Assembly: GCA_963762255.1 (NCBI GenBank)
Contig: CAVXKA010000003.1
Span: forward strand, 512,001-576,000
Direction of reading: 5' to 3'
Source: Candidatus Eiseniibacteriota bacterium
Lineage (GTDB): Bacteria; Eisenbacteria; RBG-16-71-46; JABDJR01
DNA length: 64,000 nt
In this document: one piece after another, positions 28,234-38,448 of the stretch
How the letters are laid out: every line of letters starts with the position of its first letter
Numbering within the stretch: position 1 is the stretch's first letter
Position numbers and translations under genes: made by a program
Notes under the pieces: generated by a model
What the model saw: the letters and a program-made list of their open reading frames with translations, nothing else
What the model was told of the DNA's origin: nothing
Databases searched by the model: none

Positions 28234-29352
28234 TCACGCCCCGACGGCGACGGCCTGCGGCGCCCGCAGGCTGACTCCCGTCTCCCGGTCGAAGAGTTGA
28301 GCGCGCGCGACGTTGATTTGCAGGCGATAGGCCGCGCCGACGCGCGGAACCACTTCCGGTCCGATGCGGGCCAGGAGCGCGCCGCACTCCGCCTGGCCGT
28401 GCAGGAAGATCTCGTTGCCCATCGGCTCCACCACCCGCGCGCGCACGATAAGGGCGTTGGGCCCCGGAGCCGCGGCGTCGGAGACTTCTTCGGCAAGGGT
28501 GAGATCTTCGGGGCGGATGCCCAGAGTGGCCGCGCCGCGGTGCGCGCGAATCGAAACGGCAGCGCCGGCCAGCGACAAGTCCAGCCCCGGCGCGGTGAAG
28601 CCGGCGTCGGCCATCGAACCCTCGATGAAGTTCATGGCCGGCGAGCCGATGAACGAAGCCACGAAGCGGTTCACCGGCTCGTTGTACAGCGTGAGCGGCG
28701 GTGCCACCTGCTGCAGGAGGCCGTCTTTGACCACCGCGATGCGGTCGGCCATGGTCATCGCCTCCACCTGATCGTGGGTGACGTAGACCATGGTGGCGTC
28801 GAGGTCGCGATGCAGCTTGGCGATCTCGGTGCGCATCTGCACGCGAAGCGCGGCATCGAGGTTGGAAAGCGGCTCGTCGAAGAGAAACACCGCCGGCTGG
28901 CGCACGATGGCGCGACCGAGCGCGACGCGCTGGCGCTGCCCGCCGGAGAGCGCCTTGGGCTTGCGGTCGAGATACGGGGTCAGCGCGAGCAGCTCGCCGG
29001 CCTGGTTCACCCGCCGCTCGATCTCCTCCTTCTTGAACTTGCGGAGCTTGAGCCCGAAGCCCATGTTCTCGCGCACGGTCATGTGCGGATAGAGCGCGTA
29101 GGACTGGAACACCATGGCGATGTCGCGATCCTTGGGCGCCACGTCGTTCACGCGCCGGTCGCCGATGTAGAGATCGCCGCTGGTGACTTCCTCGAGCCCG
29201 GCAACCATGCGCAGCAGCGTGGACTTGCCGCAGCCGGAGGGACCGACCAGGACCATCAGCTCCTTGTCGTGAACCTCCAGGGTGGCTTCCTTGACCGCGG
29301 TGACGCCGCCGGGGTAGACCTTGGTGACCTTCTCGAAACGAACCCCTGCCAC
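28234..29352 (-). CDS. Sugar ABC transporter ATP-binding protein (MsmX/UgpC/MalK-like)
   Basis: [37 protein letters not shown] and GIRPE. Confidence 0.93.
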   Translation of the reverse strand: MAGVRFEKVTKVYPGGVTAVKEATLEVHDKELMVLVGPSGCGKSTLLRMVAGLEEVTSGDLYIGDRRVNDVAPKDRDIAMVFQSYALYPHMTVRENMGFGLKLRKFKKEEIERRVNQAGELLALTPYLDRKPKALSGGQRQRVALGRAIVRQPAVFLFDEPLSNLDAALRVQMRTEIAKLHRDLDATMVYVTHDQVEAMTMADRIAVVKDGLLQQVAPPLTLYNEPVNRFVASFIGSPAMNFIEGSMADAGFTAPGLDLSLAGAAVSIRAHRGAATLGIRPEDLTLAEEVSDAAAPGPNALIVRARVVEPMGNEIFLHGQAECGALLARIGPEVVPRVGAAYRLQINVARAQLFDRETGVSLRAPQAVAVGA

Positions 29353-29360
29353 ACTGCCTC

Positions 29361-30302
29361 CTATCTGCTTCCGGCCGAAGTCGACCCGTCGGCGGGCGGC
29401 CCCCCGTCGCTGCCGGGAGAAATCGACGGCTTGAGCGCCGCCCCCGGCACGGTCGAGAGCCCGTCGGCGAAAATCCTGAGCACGCGCCCCAGGGTGGGAC
29501 GCATCTGCGCACGCGGCACGATGCGATCGATGAACCCGTGCTTGAGCAGGAACTCGGCGCGCTGGAACCCCTCCGGAAGCTCCTGTGCCACCGTCTCCCG
29601 TATGACCCGCGGGCCGGCGAAGCCGATGAGCGCGCCGGGCTCGGCAAACTGCACATCGCCGAGCTGGGCGAAGCTTGCGGTCGTCCCGCCGGTGGTGGGG
29701 TCGGTGAGCACGCACACGTAGGGGACGCGCTCCTCGATGAGCCGCGCCAGCAGCACGCTGGTCTTGGCGAGCTGCATGAGAGAGAGAATCCCCTCCATCA
29801 TGCGGGCGCCCCCCGAGGAGGAGAGCAGGATGAGCGGCATGCGCTCGTCGAGGGATCGTTGCGCGGCCCGCACGATCTTCTCTCCCACCGCGCTGGCCAT
29901 GCTCCCGCCGATGAACGCGAAGTCCATCGCTCCGAATACCACCGGCATCCCCTCGAGGGCTCCGGTTCCGGTGAGGATGGCGTCGCCGAGGCCGGTCTTC
30001 TCGCGCGCGTCCTTGAGCCGGTCGATGTAGCGCTTGGAGTCGCGGAAGCCGAGAGGATCGAGCGAGACCACGCCTGCGTCGATTTCGACGAAGCTGCCCG
30101 GATCGAGCAGGATCTCCACATAGCGGCGGGCCGTGATCCGGAAATGATGCGTGCACTTGGGGCAGACGTGGAGATTCCGTTCGAGTTCCTTGAAGTAGAG
30201 GATCTCGGCGCAGCCCTCGCATTTGACCCAGAGGCCGTCGGGGAGCTCGCGGCCCGCCTTGCCGCCGGCGGCGGGCGGGTTCTCGCGCTTGAGCCAGGGC
30301 AT
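29361..30302 (-). CDS. accD: Acetyl-CoA carboxylase carboxyltransferase beta subunit
   Basis: Zn ribbon LWVKCEGC...[20 protein letters not shown] and [11 protein letters not shown]. Confidence 0.95.
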   Translation of the reverse strand: MPWLKRENPPAAGGKAGRELPDGLWVKCEGCAEILYFKELERNLHVCPKCTHHFRITARRYVEILLDPGSFVEIDAGVVSLDPLGFRDSKRYIDRLKDAREKTGLGDAILTGTGALEGMPVVFGAMDFAFIGGSMASAVGEKIVRAAQRSLDERMPLILLSSSGGARMMEGILSLMQLAKTSVLLARLIEERVPYVCVLTDPTTGGTTASFAQLGDVQFAEPGALIGFAGPRVIRETVAQELPEGFQRAEFLLKHGFIDRIVPRAQMRPTLGRVLRIFADGLSTVPGAALKPSISPGSDGGPPADGSTSAGSR

Positions 30303-30802
30303 CAGTCTCGCCCTCCCTCAAACGCCGGAATGCGTCCCGCCTCGTTGAGCGGTTTGACCATCACCAAGGCGTCCTCCCGGTTGTCTCGGTAGTACTCGCG
30401 TCGGATCATCGTCGTGTAGAAGCCGTTCCTGCGATACAGCGTTTGCGCGGCCACGTTGGACCGCCGCACCTCGAGCACGATCATGCGCGCCTGCCGAAGC
30501 TTGCTCTCGGCGATCAGGTCGTCCAGAAACCTCTGGGCCACGCCCCGGCGCCTCTCACCCGGCGCCACCGCCAGGTTCGCCAGGTGCGCCTCGTCCGCCA
30601 CCACCCAGGCCACCATGTAGCCGACCACTTTCTTGGTCGCGCCGTCGACGGCGACCCGCGACCAGCCCTCCCGGCTCCCCTCCGCCTCGCGGCGGAACGC
30701 GTTCTTGTTCCACGGATCCGGAAAGATCAGCTTCTCCAGCTCCGTCACCGCGTCCACGTCGGGCCGGCGAAACCGCCGGATCTCTATCGCGTCTTCGTTC
30801 AC
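30302..30802 (-). CDS. rimI: Ribosomal protein S18-alanine N-acetyltransferase
   Basis: EAHLANLAV...RRRGVA, LEVRRSN and RREYY...EDALVM; directly downstream of tsaB. Confidence 0.88.
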   Translation of the reverse strand: MNEDAIEIRRFRRPDVDAVTELEKLIFPDPWNKNAFRREAEGSREGWSRVAVDGATKKVVGYMVAWVVADEAHLANLAVAPGERRRGVAQRFLDDLIAESKLRQARMIVLEVRRSNVAAQTLYRRNGFYTTMIRREYYRDNREDALVMVKPLNEAGRIPAFEGGRD

Positions 30803-31485
30803 CGCACCCTCGGCCGTGCGTCAGCGCCGCGAGCATAGCGCGGCGCCGGGGGTTCGGCCTCCCCCCGGGCCCACGCTGCCAACCCCAGTCGGGCCGCGGC
30901 CACGGCGCGCTGTGCCCCCGTGGGCACCCAGCGCGCAAGCGGGGCCTCGGGCCACAGGAGCGCCGCGCCGTCGCCGGCCAGCGTCGCCCCCTCGGGAGCA
31001 TCACCCGCCCGATCCGTCGCGGTGAGCCGATCCCCATCCAGTCGAACCGGTCCATCGCTCGCGATCCGGAATCCCGCAAGGACGACTTCGCTCCGCCGCA
31101 CGTCCGCGGCGCAAACGATGTAACTTCCTACGGCGGGAGAGGTTGCATCGTAACAGGCTCGGGCGGCGATGTCGAGACAGCCGACACCGGCGGCGGGGGT
31201 GCCGGTCGCGGAATGGATGCCGAGGGCGGCGGCGAGCCCGATCCGGATGCCGGTGAAGGACCCGGGGCCCACGTTCACCGCGATGAGGTCCAGATCCCCC
31301 CACCCGATCCCGGCCTCGGCCATCAGCGCGAGAGCCTCGGGCACGAGCGCCTCGGCGTGGCGCCCGCGCTCGCCGAGTTCGCGCGCCAGAGCGGGACCGG
31401 AGGGGATGAGAAGGGCCACTCCACCCTCGGCGCCCACGGTGTCGAGGCCCAGAACGACAACCTTGGTGGGATCGACGGGCTTCAT
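30799..31485 (-). CDS. tsaB: tRNA t6A biosynthesis protein TsaB
   Basis: LGLDT, GPGSFTGIRIG and DVRRSEV. Confidence 0.9.
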   Translation of the reverse strand: MKPVDPTKVVVLGLDTVGAEGGVALLIPSGPALARELGERGRHAEALVPEALALMAEAGIGWGDLDLIAVNVGPGSFTGIRIGLAAALGIHSATGTPAAGVGCLDIAARACYDATSPAVGSYIVCAADVRRSEVVLAGFRIASDGPVRLDGDRLTATDRAGDAPEGATLAGDGAALLWPEAPLARWVPTGAQRAVAAARLGLAAWARGEAEPPAPRYARGADARPRVR

Positions 31486-31991
31486 GACGACCCCTCGACG
31501 AGCGCGCCGGTCGCTTCGGCCAGCCGGGCCACCGTCGCGCGCGGACCGCGCACCTCGATCGTGCGCGCTTCGGGGCCCGCATCGCTAAGCGTGACGCGCA
31601 CCGCGCCCGCGGGGGCCAGCGCGCCAAGGCGCTCCCCCCATTCCACCACCGTCACCGCTTCGCAACCGAAGAGGTCGTCCAACCCCAATTCCTCCACGTC
31701 GCGCACGTCGGCGAGGCGATAGAGATCCACGTGGTGGAGCGTATACCGGCCCGGGTAGGAGAGCAGGATGGCGAAGGTGGGGCTCTTCACGCCGAAGGCC
31801 ACGCCGAGTCCTCGCGCCAGCCCCCGCACCAGCGTGGTCTTCCCCGCGCCCAGATCGCCGGTCAGGAGCAGCGCCTCGCCGCCCAGCATCGCGCGTCCCC
31901 ACGCCTCACCGATCGCCTCGGTGCGGGCGGGACTCTCGGCGGCCAGCGCGAACAGCGCCTCCTCCTCTAGCGGGGCTTCAGGATCGCGCAC
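31482..31991 (-). CDS. tsaE: tRNA t6A biosynthesis ATPase TsaE
   Basis: GDLGAGKTT, SPTF, HVDLYRL and VEWGE. Confidence 0.93.
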   Translation of the reverse strand: MRDPEAPLEEEALFALAAESPARTEAIGEAWGRAMLGGEALLLTGDLGAGKTTLVRGLARGLGVAFGVKSPTFAILLSYPGRYTLHHVDLYRLADVRDVEELGLDDLFGCEAVTVVEWGERLGALAPAGAVRVTLSDAGPEARTIEVRGPRATVARLAEATGALVEGSS

Positions 31992-33526
31992 GGGAGGATC
32001 ACCTCTTCCATGGCCACGCCGCCGTGCTGGAAGGAGTTCTTATACATCCGCTCGTACTCGTGAAAATTGGTCGGATAAACGAAGTAGTGGTCCTCGCGCG
32101 CGATCAGGTAGTTCTTGTTCAGGAAGTCGTCGGGCAGCCCCCATTCCAGAGGCTTCTTGATCAGGATGGCGTCCTTCTCCTCCCCGCGCAGGTTCGCCCC
32201 GTTCTTGTGGCGGAGGTTCGTGCTGGTGTCGCGGTTTCCATAGACGAGGGTCGAGTGGCGCGTCTGCACCGCCCCGTGGTCGCTGGTGAGGATCACGGTG
32301 GCGTTCTGCTGGGAGATGAGCTTCAGGGCGTCGCCGAGGGCGGAGTGGCTGAACCACGACTCCAGGAGCGAGCGGAAGGCGGCCTCGTCGGGCACCAACT
32401 CCCGAAGCACCGGGTTCTCCGACCGGCCGTGGGTGATCTGATCGAGGAAGTTGAACACGAAGACCACGAGCGGGAGCCCCGCGTAGGTCGAAACCTGCCG
32501 CCGCAGCGCCTGCTCCTCTACCTCGGTGAAGATCCGCTGATACTTGAAGTTCAGGTCGGCCCGCCCGAGCGTGTTTAACTGCTCGCGCAGGAACTCCTCC
32601 TCGAAGCGGTTCTTCCCCTTCCCCGTCTGCCCCCGCTCCTGCCACCAGTCGGGATAGCGCTCGGCCATCTGGGCGGGGAAGAGCCCGGAGAACATCGCGT
32701 TCCGCGAGTAGGGCGTGGCGGTGGGGACGATGGAGTAGTACAGGTTCTCTTCGATGCGAAACGACGGCTCGAGGTGCGACTGCAGGGCCAGCCACTGGTC
32801 GTAGCGCATGCAGTCGAGCACCATGAGATAGACGGTGTGCCCGTCGCGGATCTCGGGCAGCACATAGCGCGGCACGATGTCGGTGGAGAGGACGGGGCGA
32901 TTCCGGGGATCCGCCACCCACCCGGGATAGGCGCCTTCGATGAAGCGGCCGAAATCCCGGTTCAGCTCCAGCTTGAGATCCATATGCGCTTGCCGCAGCC
33001 CCACGTCCTCGATGGCGAACAACTCGCGCTCCAGATGGGTGAGGCGGCGGTAGGTCTCCAGCCAATCGTCGCGATCCATCGGCTCGAGCCGGCGCTGCTG
33101 GAGACGGTTGAACTCCCCGACATAGTCGCGGGTGAAGCGCCCCTCTTGAAGCTTGGTCCCCTCGGTGAGGCGCTTGATGGTCAGCAGCACCTGGCTCGGG
33201 TGCACCGGCTTCACGAGGTAGTCGCGGATGCGGCGCCCGATGGCGTCCTCCATGAGCGACTCCTCCTCGCTCTTGGTCACCAGCACGACGGGGACTGTGG
33301 CGTCGATGTTCTTGATCGCGTCGAGGGTGGCCAGTCCGCCCATGCCCGGCATCATCTCGTCGAGGAGCACGACGTCGAAGCGTCCCTCCTTGAACCGGGC
33401 GAGGGCGTCCTCGCCGCTCGTCACCGCGGTGACTTCGTAGCCCTTTCCCTCCAGAAAGCGGATGTGGGGCTTGAGAAAATCGATTTCATCGTCCGCCCAG
33501 AGGACGCGACGTTTCGCTTCGGACAT
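31967..33526 (-). CDS. porX: PorX-like response regulator (receiver + PglZ/alkaline-phosphatase domain)
   Basis: LWADDEID, LDEMMPGMGG, TKSEEE, DCMRYDQW, PTATPYSRNA, SDHG, TSTNLR and FQHGG. Confidence 0.85.
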   Translation of the reverse strand: MSEAKRRVLWADDEIDFLKPHIRFLEGKGYEVTAVTSGEDALARFKEGRFDVVLLDEMMPGMGGLATLDAIKNIDATVPVVLVTKSEEESLMEDAIGRRIRDYLVKPVHPSQVLLTIKRLTEGTKLQEGRFTRDYVGEFNRLQQRRLEPMDRDDWLETYRRLTHLERELFAIEDVGLRQAHMDLKLELNRDFGRFIEGAYPGWVADPRNRPVLSTDIVPRYVLPEIRDGHTVYLMVLDCMRYDQWLALQSHLEPSFRIEENLYYSIVPTATPYSRNAMFSGLFPAQMAERYPDWWQERGQTGKGKNRFEEEFLREQLNTLGRADLNFKYQRIFTEVEEQALRRQVSTYAGLPLVVFVFNFLDQITHGRSENPVLRELVPDEAAFRSLLESWFSHSALGDALKLISQQNATVILTSDHGAVQTRHSTLVYGNRDTSTNLRHKNGANLRGEEKDAILIKKPLEWGLPDDFLNKNYLIAREDHYFVYPTNFHEYERMYKNSFQHGGVAMEEVILPCAILKPR

Positions 33527-33586
33527 GGGCTCACCACCTGATCGGTTTAGAGGGAGGCGTCGGACTCGTGGATCGTGAATCGCGGT

Positions 33587-34909
33587 CTAGCCAGGGTTCG
33601 TATCATGATACGCGGCGGGGGGCGCGGCGGGGAGCGTCATCGTGAACTCGGCTCCCTCTCCGGGCTCGGTCCAGGTGAGATCGAGGCGGCCTCGGTGGTA
33701 CTCCTCCACGATGCGCCGGGAGAGAGGAAGCCCCAACCCCCAGCCCCGGGCCCGCGTGCTCACCCCGGGCCGGAAGATCTGAGCCTCCATGCCTGCGGCC
33801 ACCCCGCGCCCGTTGTCGCGCACGGCGATGGCGATCCCCTTACCGGCGGGGAGTCCGCGCAGGCGCACCTCGATCCGACCTCTCCCCTCTTCCACCGCGT
33901 TGAGCGCGTTCTTGATCAGGTTCTCCAGCACCCAGCCGAAGAGCTCGTTGTTGAGAAGCACCGGCGGCGTGTCGGGTTCGAGATCCACCGCCAGCTCCAC
34001 TCCCTGGGGGAAGCGGCGGCGGAAGTAGTCGATGGTCTGCTGGAGCACGGGAACCGGCGAGCCGCGCTCGAGCCGCGGCTTCGACCCGATCTGGCTGAAG
34101 CGCGCAGCCACCCGGTTCAGGCGTTCGGCGTCGCGATCGATCTCGCGCACCGCCTCCTCGTAGAGTTCCCTCGGCAGCGTGGCGGTGTCCTCGCGGACTT
34201 GCGCCTCGTCCTTGAGCACCTCCATCCAGCCGACCAGAGAGGAGAGCGGCGTTCCCATCTGGTGCGCGGTCTCCTTGGCCATGCCCGCCCAGATGAAGCC
34301 CTGCTCCGCGCGCTTCATCCCGCGGATCATGAGAAGGCCGACCGCTCCGAAGACCGCCGCCACCGCGATCGTCACCCACGGCGTCCAGCGCAGCTCGTTC
34401 ACCAGTCCCGGCGATCCGTAGTGGAGATAGATCGCGGGGCCTTCCGATCCGCGCCGCAGCATGGGGATGGGATCGTGGCTGCGGTCCATGTGCTCCCGCT
34501 CCGAGAGCACGCGGGCCAGAGCGGGACTCGGGTTGTTGGGATACTCGTCCAGGATCCGCTCGATGCTGAGCGTGTCTACACCTACCAGCCGGTTCCATAC
34601 CAGCGGCAGACCCGCGCTGTCGGCGGTAATGATGACCGGGAAGTCGAGCGAACGGATGATGCGGCGAAATTCGGTTTGCGCGTCGCGCCCCGCCGCCTCG
34701 TCGTCGAGGGAAAACGTCGTGAACGCGATGAGGTGCGCCACGAGCGCGCCCTTGGATTCGGTCTGGTCCTCCACGCGAAGGGCGAGGCGATGGAAGTAGA
34801 GCAGGAGGGCCAACGCCATCGCCACCGCTCCCACCAGGATGTACACGCGGATGAAGGCAGGGGTGGAGAGACGGCCGGTGCGCGCGGGCAACGGCCAGCG
34901 CGGCCTCAT
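33587..34909 (-). CDS. Membrane sensor histidine kinase
   Basis: Two TM helices; H-box WAGMAKETAHQMGTPLSSL, ENLIKNA, DNGRG and GWGLGL. Confidence 0.92.
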   Translation of the reverse strand: MRPRWPLPARTGRLSTPAFIRVYILVGAVAMALALLLYFHRLALRVEDQTESKGALVAHLIAFTTFSLDDEAAGRDAQTEFRRIIRSLDFPVIITADSAGLPLVWNRLVGVDTLSIERILDEYPNNPSPALARVLSEREHMDRSHDPIPMLRRGSEGPAIYLHYGSPGLVNELRWTPWVTIAVAAVFGAVGLLMIRGMKRAEQGFIWAGMAKETAHQMGTPLSSLVGWMEVLKDEAQVREDTATLPRELYEEAVREIDRDAERLNRVAARFSQIGSKPRLERGSPVPVLQQTIDYFRRRFPQGVELAVDLEPDTPPVLLNNELFGWVLENLIKNALNAVEEGRGRIEVRLRGLPAGKGIAIAVRDNGRGVAAGMEAQIFRPGVSTRARGWGLGLPLSRRIVEEYHRGRLDLTWTEPGEGAEFTMTLPAAPPAAYHDTNPG

Positions 34910-36177
34910 GAGAGTTCGGCGACGCCGTCCAGATAGGGCCGCAAAGGCTCGGGGACGAGCACCGTTGCCCGTTCGGTCTGATAGGTCTCGACCAGCGCGA
35001 TGACGGTGCGCGGCAGGGCGAGGCCGGATCCGTTGAGCGTGTGCAGGAACTGGACCTTGCCTCCGCCTCTGGGCTTGAAACGGATGCCGGCGCGGCGAGC
35101 CTGGAAATCCTCGAAGTTGCTGCATGAGGAGACCTCGAGCCAGCGCTGTGCACCCGGCGCCCAGACCTCGATGTCGTAGCACTTGGCGGCGGCGAAAGAG
35201 AGATCGCCGCTGGCCAGGACCAACACCCGATAGGCCAGACCCAGCCGTTTCAGAACGTCCTCCGCGTTGCCGAGCAACGACTCCAGCTCATCGTACGAGC
35301 GATCCGGGTGGACGAAATTGACCATCTCCACCTTGTCGAACTGGTGGACGCGGGTGAGTCCCTTGGTCTCCTTGCCGTAGGACCCGGCCTCGCGGCGGAA
35401 ACAGGGGGAGTAGCCCACGTGACGAATGGGAAGCTGCTCTTCCTCCAGCGTCTCCTGGGCGTAGAGGTTCGTGATGCTCACTTCGGCGGTCGGGATGAGA
35501 TAGAGCCCGTCCACGTCGGTGCGGTACATGTCCTCGGCGAGCTTGGGGAGCTGCCCGGTCCCTCGGGCCGCCTCCGGCTTCACCAGGAACGGGGTGGACA
35601 CCTCCGTGTAGCCGTGTTCCTTCGTATGAAGATCGAGCATGAAGTTGATGAGGGCGCGCTCGAGGCGCGCCCCCATCTTTGTGAACACCGCAAAGCCGGG
35701 GCCGCTCATGCGAGTAGCCCGCTCGAAATCGAAGAGCCCCATGGCCGTGCCCAGATCGTCGTGGGTGCGCGCGGCAAACGCGTGCCGGACCGGCTCGCCC
35801 CAGGTGCGGACAAGCTGGTTATGGCTCTCGTCGCCGCGAGGCACGCTCGCGTGCGGCAGGTTGGGGAACCACTGAGCGAGGTCGTCCAGCGCCGCGTCGG
35901 TCTCGCGCACGCGGTCGTCGAGGGACTTGATCTCGTCCCCCATCCCCCGCACCCGATCCTGCATGGCTCCCGCGTCGCCCCCGGACTTCATGAGCTGCCC
36001 GATCTCACGGCTCATCGCGTTGCGGTCGGCCTTGAGCTGCTCGACCTTGGCCAGCATCTCTCGGCGCTCCTCGTCGAGGGCGAGCCAGCGGTCCACGTCG
36101 GCGTTGGCCTGATTCTTCGACCGGGCGCCTTCCTTGACGCGCTCCGGTTCGCTGCGGATGAGCTTGGGGTCGAGCAT
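34906..36177 (-). CDS. serS: Serine--tRNA ligase
   Basis: LIPTAEV, CFRREAGSYG, RVHQFDKVE, EVSSCSNFEDFQARR and HTLNGSGLA. Confidence 0.97.
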   Translation of the reverse strand: MLDPKLIRSEPERVKEGARSKNQANADVDRWLALDEERREMLAKVEQLKADRNAMSREIGQLMKSGGDAGAMQDRVRGMGDEIKSLDDRVRETDAALDDLAQWFPNLPHASVPRGDESHNQLVRTWGEPVRHAFAARTHDDLGTAMGLFDFERATRMSGPGFAVFTKMGARLERALINFMLDLHTKEHGYTEVSTPFLVKPEAARGTGQLPKLAEDMYRTDVDGLYLIPTAEVSITNLYAQETLEEEQLPIRHVGYSPCFRREAGSYGKETKGLTRVHQFDKVEMVNFVHPDRSYDELESLLGNAEDVLKRLGLAYRVLVLASGDLSFAAAKCYDIEVWAPGAQRWLEVSSCSNFEDFQARRAGIRFKPRGGGKVQFLHTLNGSGLALPRTVIALVETYQTERATVLVPEPLRPYLDGVAELS

Positions 36178-36199
36178 GGGTTCCTCGATGCGGCGGCGC

Positions 36200-37171
36200 C
36201 TAGAAGCCGCCCCTCGGTTCCGGCTTGAAGCGGCCGTAGTCGTCGATGAGCTGGAAGGCGTAGGTGAACCGGATGCGGTTGAGCTTGATGCTGGTCGACG
36301 CCCCGGTCGGGGTGAGGTTCTTCGTGAGATTGGTCACCCGCAGCTTGACCCAGTGCCCGTCGTGCAGGTAGAGGGCGTAGGTGTGGTCGTTGATCACCTT
36401 CACCACCTCGGTGAGGTCGGCCACGTTGGGCGCAATCGAGGTGTTCCACGCAGTAATCCCGGCACCCAGGTCCTTGAACTTGGTGCTGTGGCGCGTGGGA
36501 TAGCCGACTGTGAAGGCGGCCTGGGCAGGGCTGATGAACTGACTGCCGTCATCCGCCGAGTTCAGTTCCTCCATCATGAAGAAGTCGATCAGTGCGCTGT
36601 TCCCGGCGGCGGTCTCATAGGGAAGTCCCACGCCGTTCGCGCGCGTCCAGCCGAAACCGCTCCGGCTGTTCGTGCTGGCGTGGTAGTCCCACATCAGCAA
36701 GTTGGCGTCGGTGTTCTCGTTGTCCCCTTCGGGGCGCGGCGAGGAATTGATCTCGTTGGAGGCGAGGCTGATGCGATCGTCCTCGCGCGCGCTGCGCACG
36801 TGGACGAAGTACTTCTTGCCCTGCTGGAGCGCCGTCCCGTTGCCGGTGCGATCCACGACATAGGTGCGGGCGACCACCGGGTTGTCGTTGATCTTGCGCG
36901 CTTCCAGGAACGCTCCGCCACCGGTGGTGGCGGTGTCGCCGGCCGCGGCGATCGAGACGGTATCGATGTAGACGTAGTACCCGTCGAAGCGGTCCGAGGA
37001 TTCGAACGGGCTCGCTGCCCAGGAGATCACGATCGAGCTGATCTCGGTGGTAAAGGTCACGTTGGTGGGGGGGGCGATCTCGTCGCTCGGACGCACCGGG
37101 CTGTCCTCGCCGCACCCCGCGGCGAACGCACCCGCGACGGCGATGAACGCAAACAATTTCAGAGTTCTCAT
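36200..37171 (-). CDS. Hypothetical lipoprotein with FN3-like N-terminal domain
   Basis: Lipobox AAGC; APPTNV...ISW...DGYYVY...YFVHVRS pattern; beta-rich C-terminal domain. Strong RBS (GAGGAG/AGGAG). Confidence 0.7.
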   Translation of the reverse strand: MRTLKLFAFIAVAGAFAAGCGEDSPVRPSDEIAPPTNVTFTTEISSIVISWAASPFESSDRFDGYYVYIDTVSIAAAGDTATTGGGAFLEARKINDNPVVARTYVVDRTGNGTALQQGKKYFVHVRSAREDDRISLASNEINSSPRPEGDNENTDANLLMWDYHASTNSRSGFGWTRANGVGLPYETAAGNSALIDFFMMEELNSADDGSQFISPAQAAFTVGYPTRHSTKFKDLGAGITAWNTSIAPNVADLTEVVKVINDHTYALYLHDGHWVKLRVTNLTKNLTPTGASTSIKLNRIRFTYAFQLIDDYGRFKPEPRGGF

Positions 37172-37289
37172 GCTCCTACTCCTCTCCATCTGATGAAGTT
37201 GCCCCGTCGGGCGGACCAGTGCCGGGGCGATGATCGAATGGCCTCCGATGAATTGATGCCGTCGGCCCAAACGGCAGGAGGCCTTTGGA

Positions 37290-37318
37290 ACGCTACCAGC
37301 AGGGGCTCAATCGGGCAA
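37290..37318 (-). promoter_or_regulatory. Sigma70-type promoter of the lipoprotein gene
   Basis: Minus strand TTGCCC-17 bp-TAGCGT with a TG extension. Confidence 0.45.
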
Positions 37319-37347
37319 GCGGGGGGGGCTCGCGCCGTCCGCGCGCC

Positions 37348-38448
37348 TTACGCCACTTCGCGCTCGGCGACGGGCTCGTTCTTGAGGAATACCGAGAGGA
37401 ACCGGCGCGAGCGCACAGGAACCCTGGCGAGGACCACACCGAGGCTCGCGTAGAGGGCGATCGCCACCACGACCAGGGACCACGCGACCGGAGCGGGCGC
37501 GTTGAGGGCGCCGAGTCCTGCCACTCCGGAGAGGGCGTTCAGTCCGTACACCGTCCACAGCGCGCGCCGTCCGGGACCGAGAATCGCGTGCAGGCGATGG
37601 GTGGTGTGATCGATACCGCCCACGTAGACCGGCCGCCGCTCGATGATGCGGGTGACGGTGACGAAGGTCACATCGAAGATCGGGTAGGCCAGAACCAGCA
37701 CGATCGCCGCCGCCGGAGAGCCGAAGGTGAGGAACTGCGGGCCGGCGAGTTGCCAGCCCACCGCGGCGAGCAGGAAGCCGATGAAGAACGCGCCCGCGTC
37801 ACCGAGGAAGATCGTGGCCGGCGGAAAGTTGAAGCAGAGGAACCCGAGCGAGGCACCCCCCGCTGCCAGCGCCAGGGCGGCCATGTCGGGCCGGCCCAGC
37901 TTGAGCGCCAAGACACCCATGAAGAGCCCGATCAACGAGCCGATCCCTCCCAGGATCCCATCCATGTTGTCGAGCAGATTGAACGCGTTCATGTGCCCGA
38001 TCATCCACAGGAGCCCGATGGGCCAGAGCAGGAGCGCCCACGACCAGCCAACGGGGACAAGCGGAGCGAGGAAGACGACGGAGAGCACGATCTGTCCGAC
38101 CAGTTTCTGAAGCGGTCTCAGCACGAAGCGGTCGTCGATCAAGCCCAACAGAAGAGCGCCGGTGGCGACGAAGAGCGTGGTGGGGACGGCGGCCCGAGGG
38201 AGCGCACCGCGAGCCCAGGACTCGGTCAGCGCCGGGAGTTGCGGCGCAAGGATTGCGAAGGCGAGCCCGGCGGAGAGGGCCACGGCAAGGCCTCCGAGAA
38301 ACGGCGTGGGACGGCGGTGGACGCGATCGTTGCGGGGGTAATCGATGAACCCGGAAGCGATGGCCAGAAATCGGCTAAGGGGAGTGAAAACGAGCGCGAG
38401 GACGAAGGCCCCGATCAGGGTCGCAACATACGGCAGGGAAAAATCCAC
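37348..38448 (-). CDS. WecA/TagO/MraY-family undecaprenyl-phosphate sugar-1-phosphate transferase
   Basis: HRRPTPFLGG, GLIDD, NAFNLLDNMDG, NFPPATIFLGDAG and DHTTHRL. Confidence 0.9.
   Translation of the reverse strand: MDFSLPYVATLIGAFVLALVFTPLSRFLAIASGFIDYPRNDRVHRRPTPFLGGLAVALSAGLAFAILAPQLPALTESWARGALPRAAVPTTLFVATGALLLGLIDDRFVLRPLQKLVGQIVLSVVFLAPLVPVGWSWALLLWPIGLLWMIGHMNAFNLLDNMDGILGGIGSLIGLFMGVLALKLGRPDMAALALAAGGASLGFLCFNFPPATIFLGDAGAFFIGFLLAAVGWQLAGPQFLTFGSPAAAIVLVLAYPIFDVTFVTVTRIIERRPVYVGGIDHTTHRLHAILGPGRRALWTVYGLNALSGVAGLGALNAPAPVAWSLVVVAIALYASLGVVLARVPVRSRRFLSVFLKNEPVAEREVA

Noticed and set aside
28234-30321. Apparent long N-terminal extensions or fusions in the ORF track (ABC ATPase, ROK kinase, rfbB, CPBP, ANKH-like)
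   Set aside because: The extensions are off-frame readings of upstream genes. The true starts lie downstream, next to the preceding stop.
31967-33526. BREX defence system suggested by the PglZ domain
   Set aside because: The PglZ domain is fused to a receiver as in PorX, and no brxC, pglX or brxL lies nearby.
34906-36177. serS as part of a selenocysteine operon
   Set aside because: It is an ordinary housekeeping SerRS 12 kb from the selenoprotein gene. No selA, selB, selD or tRNA-Sec was seen in the window.
37190-37240. Hammerhead ribozyme (CTGATGA followed by a hairpin on the plus strand)
   Set aside because: The required GAAA after stem II is missing, and stems I and III are not evident.
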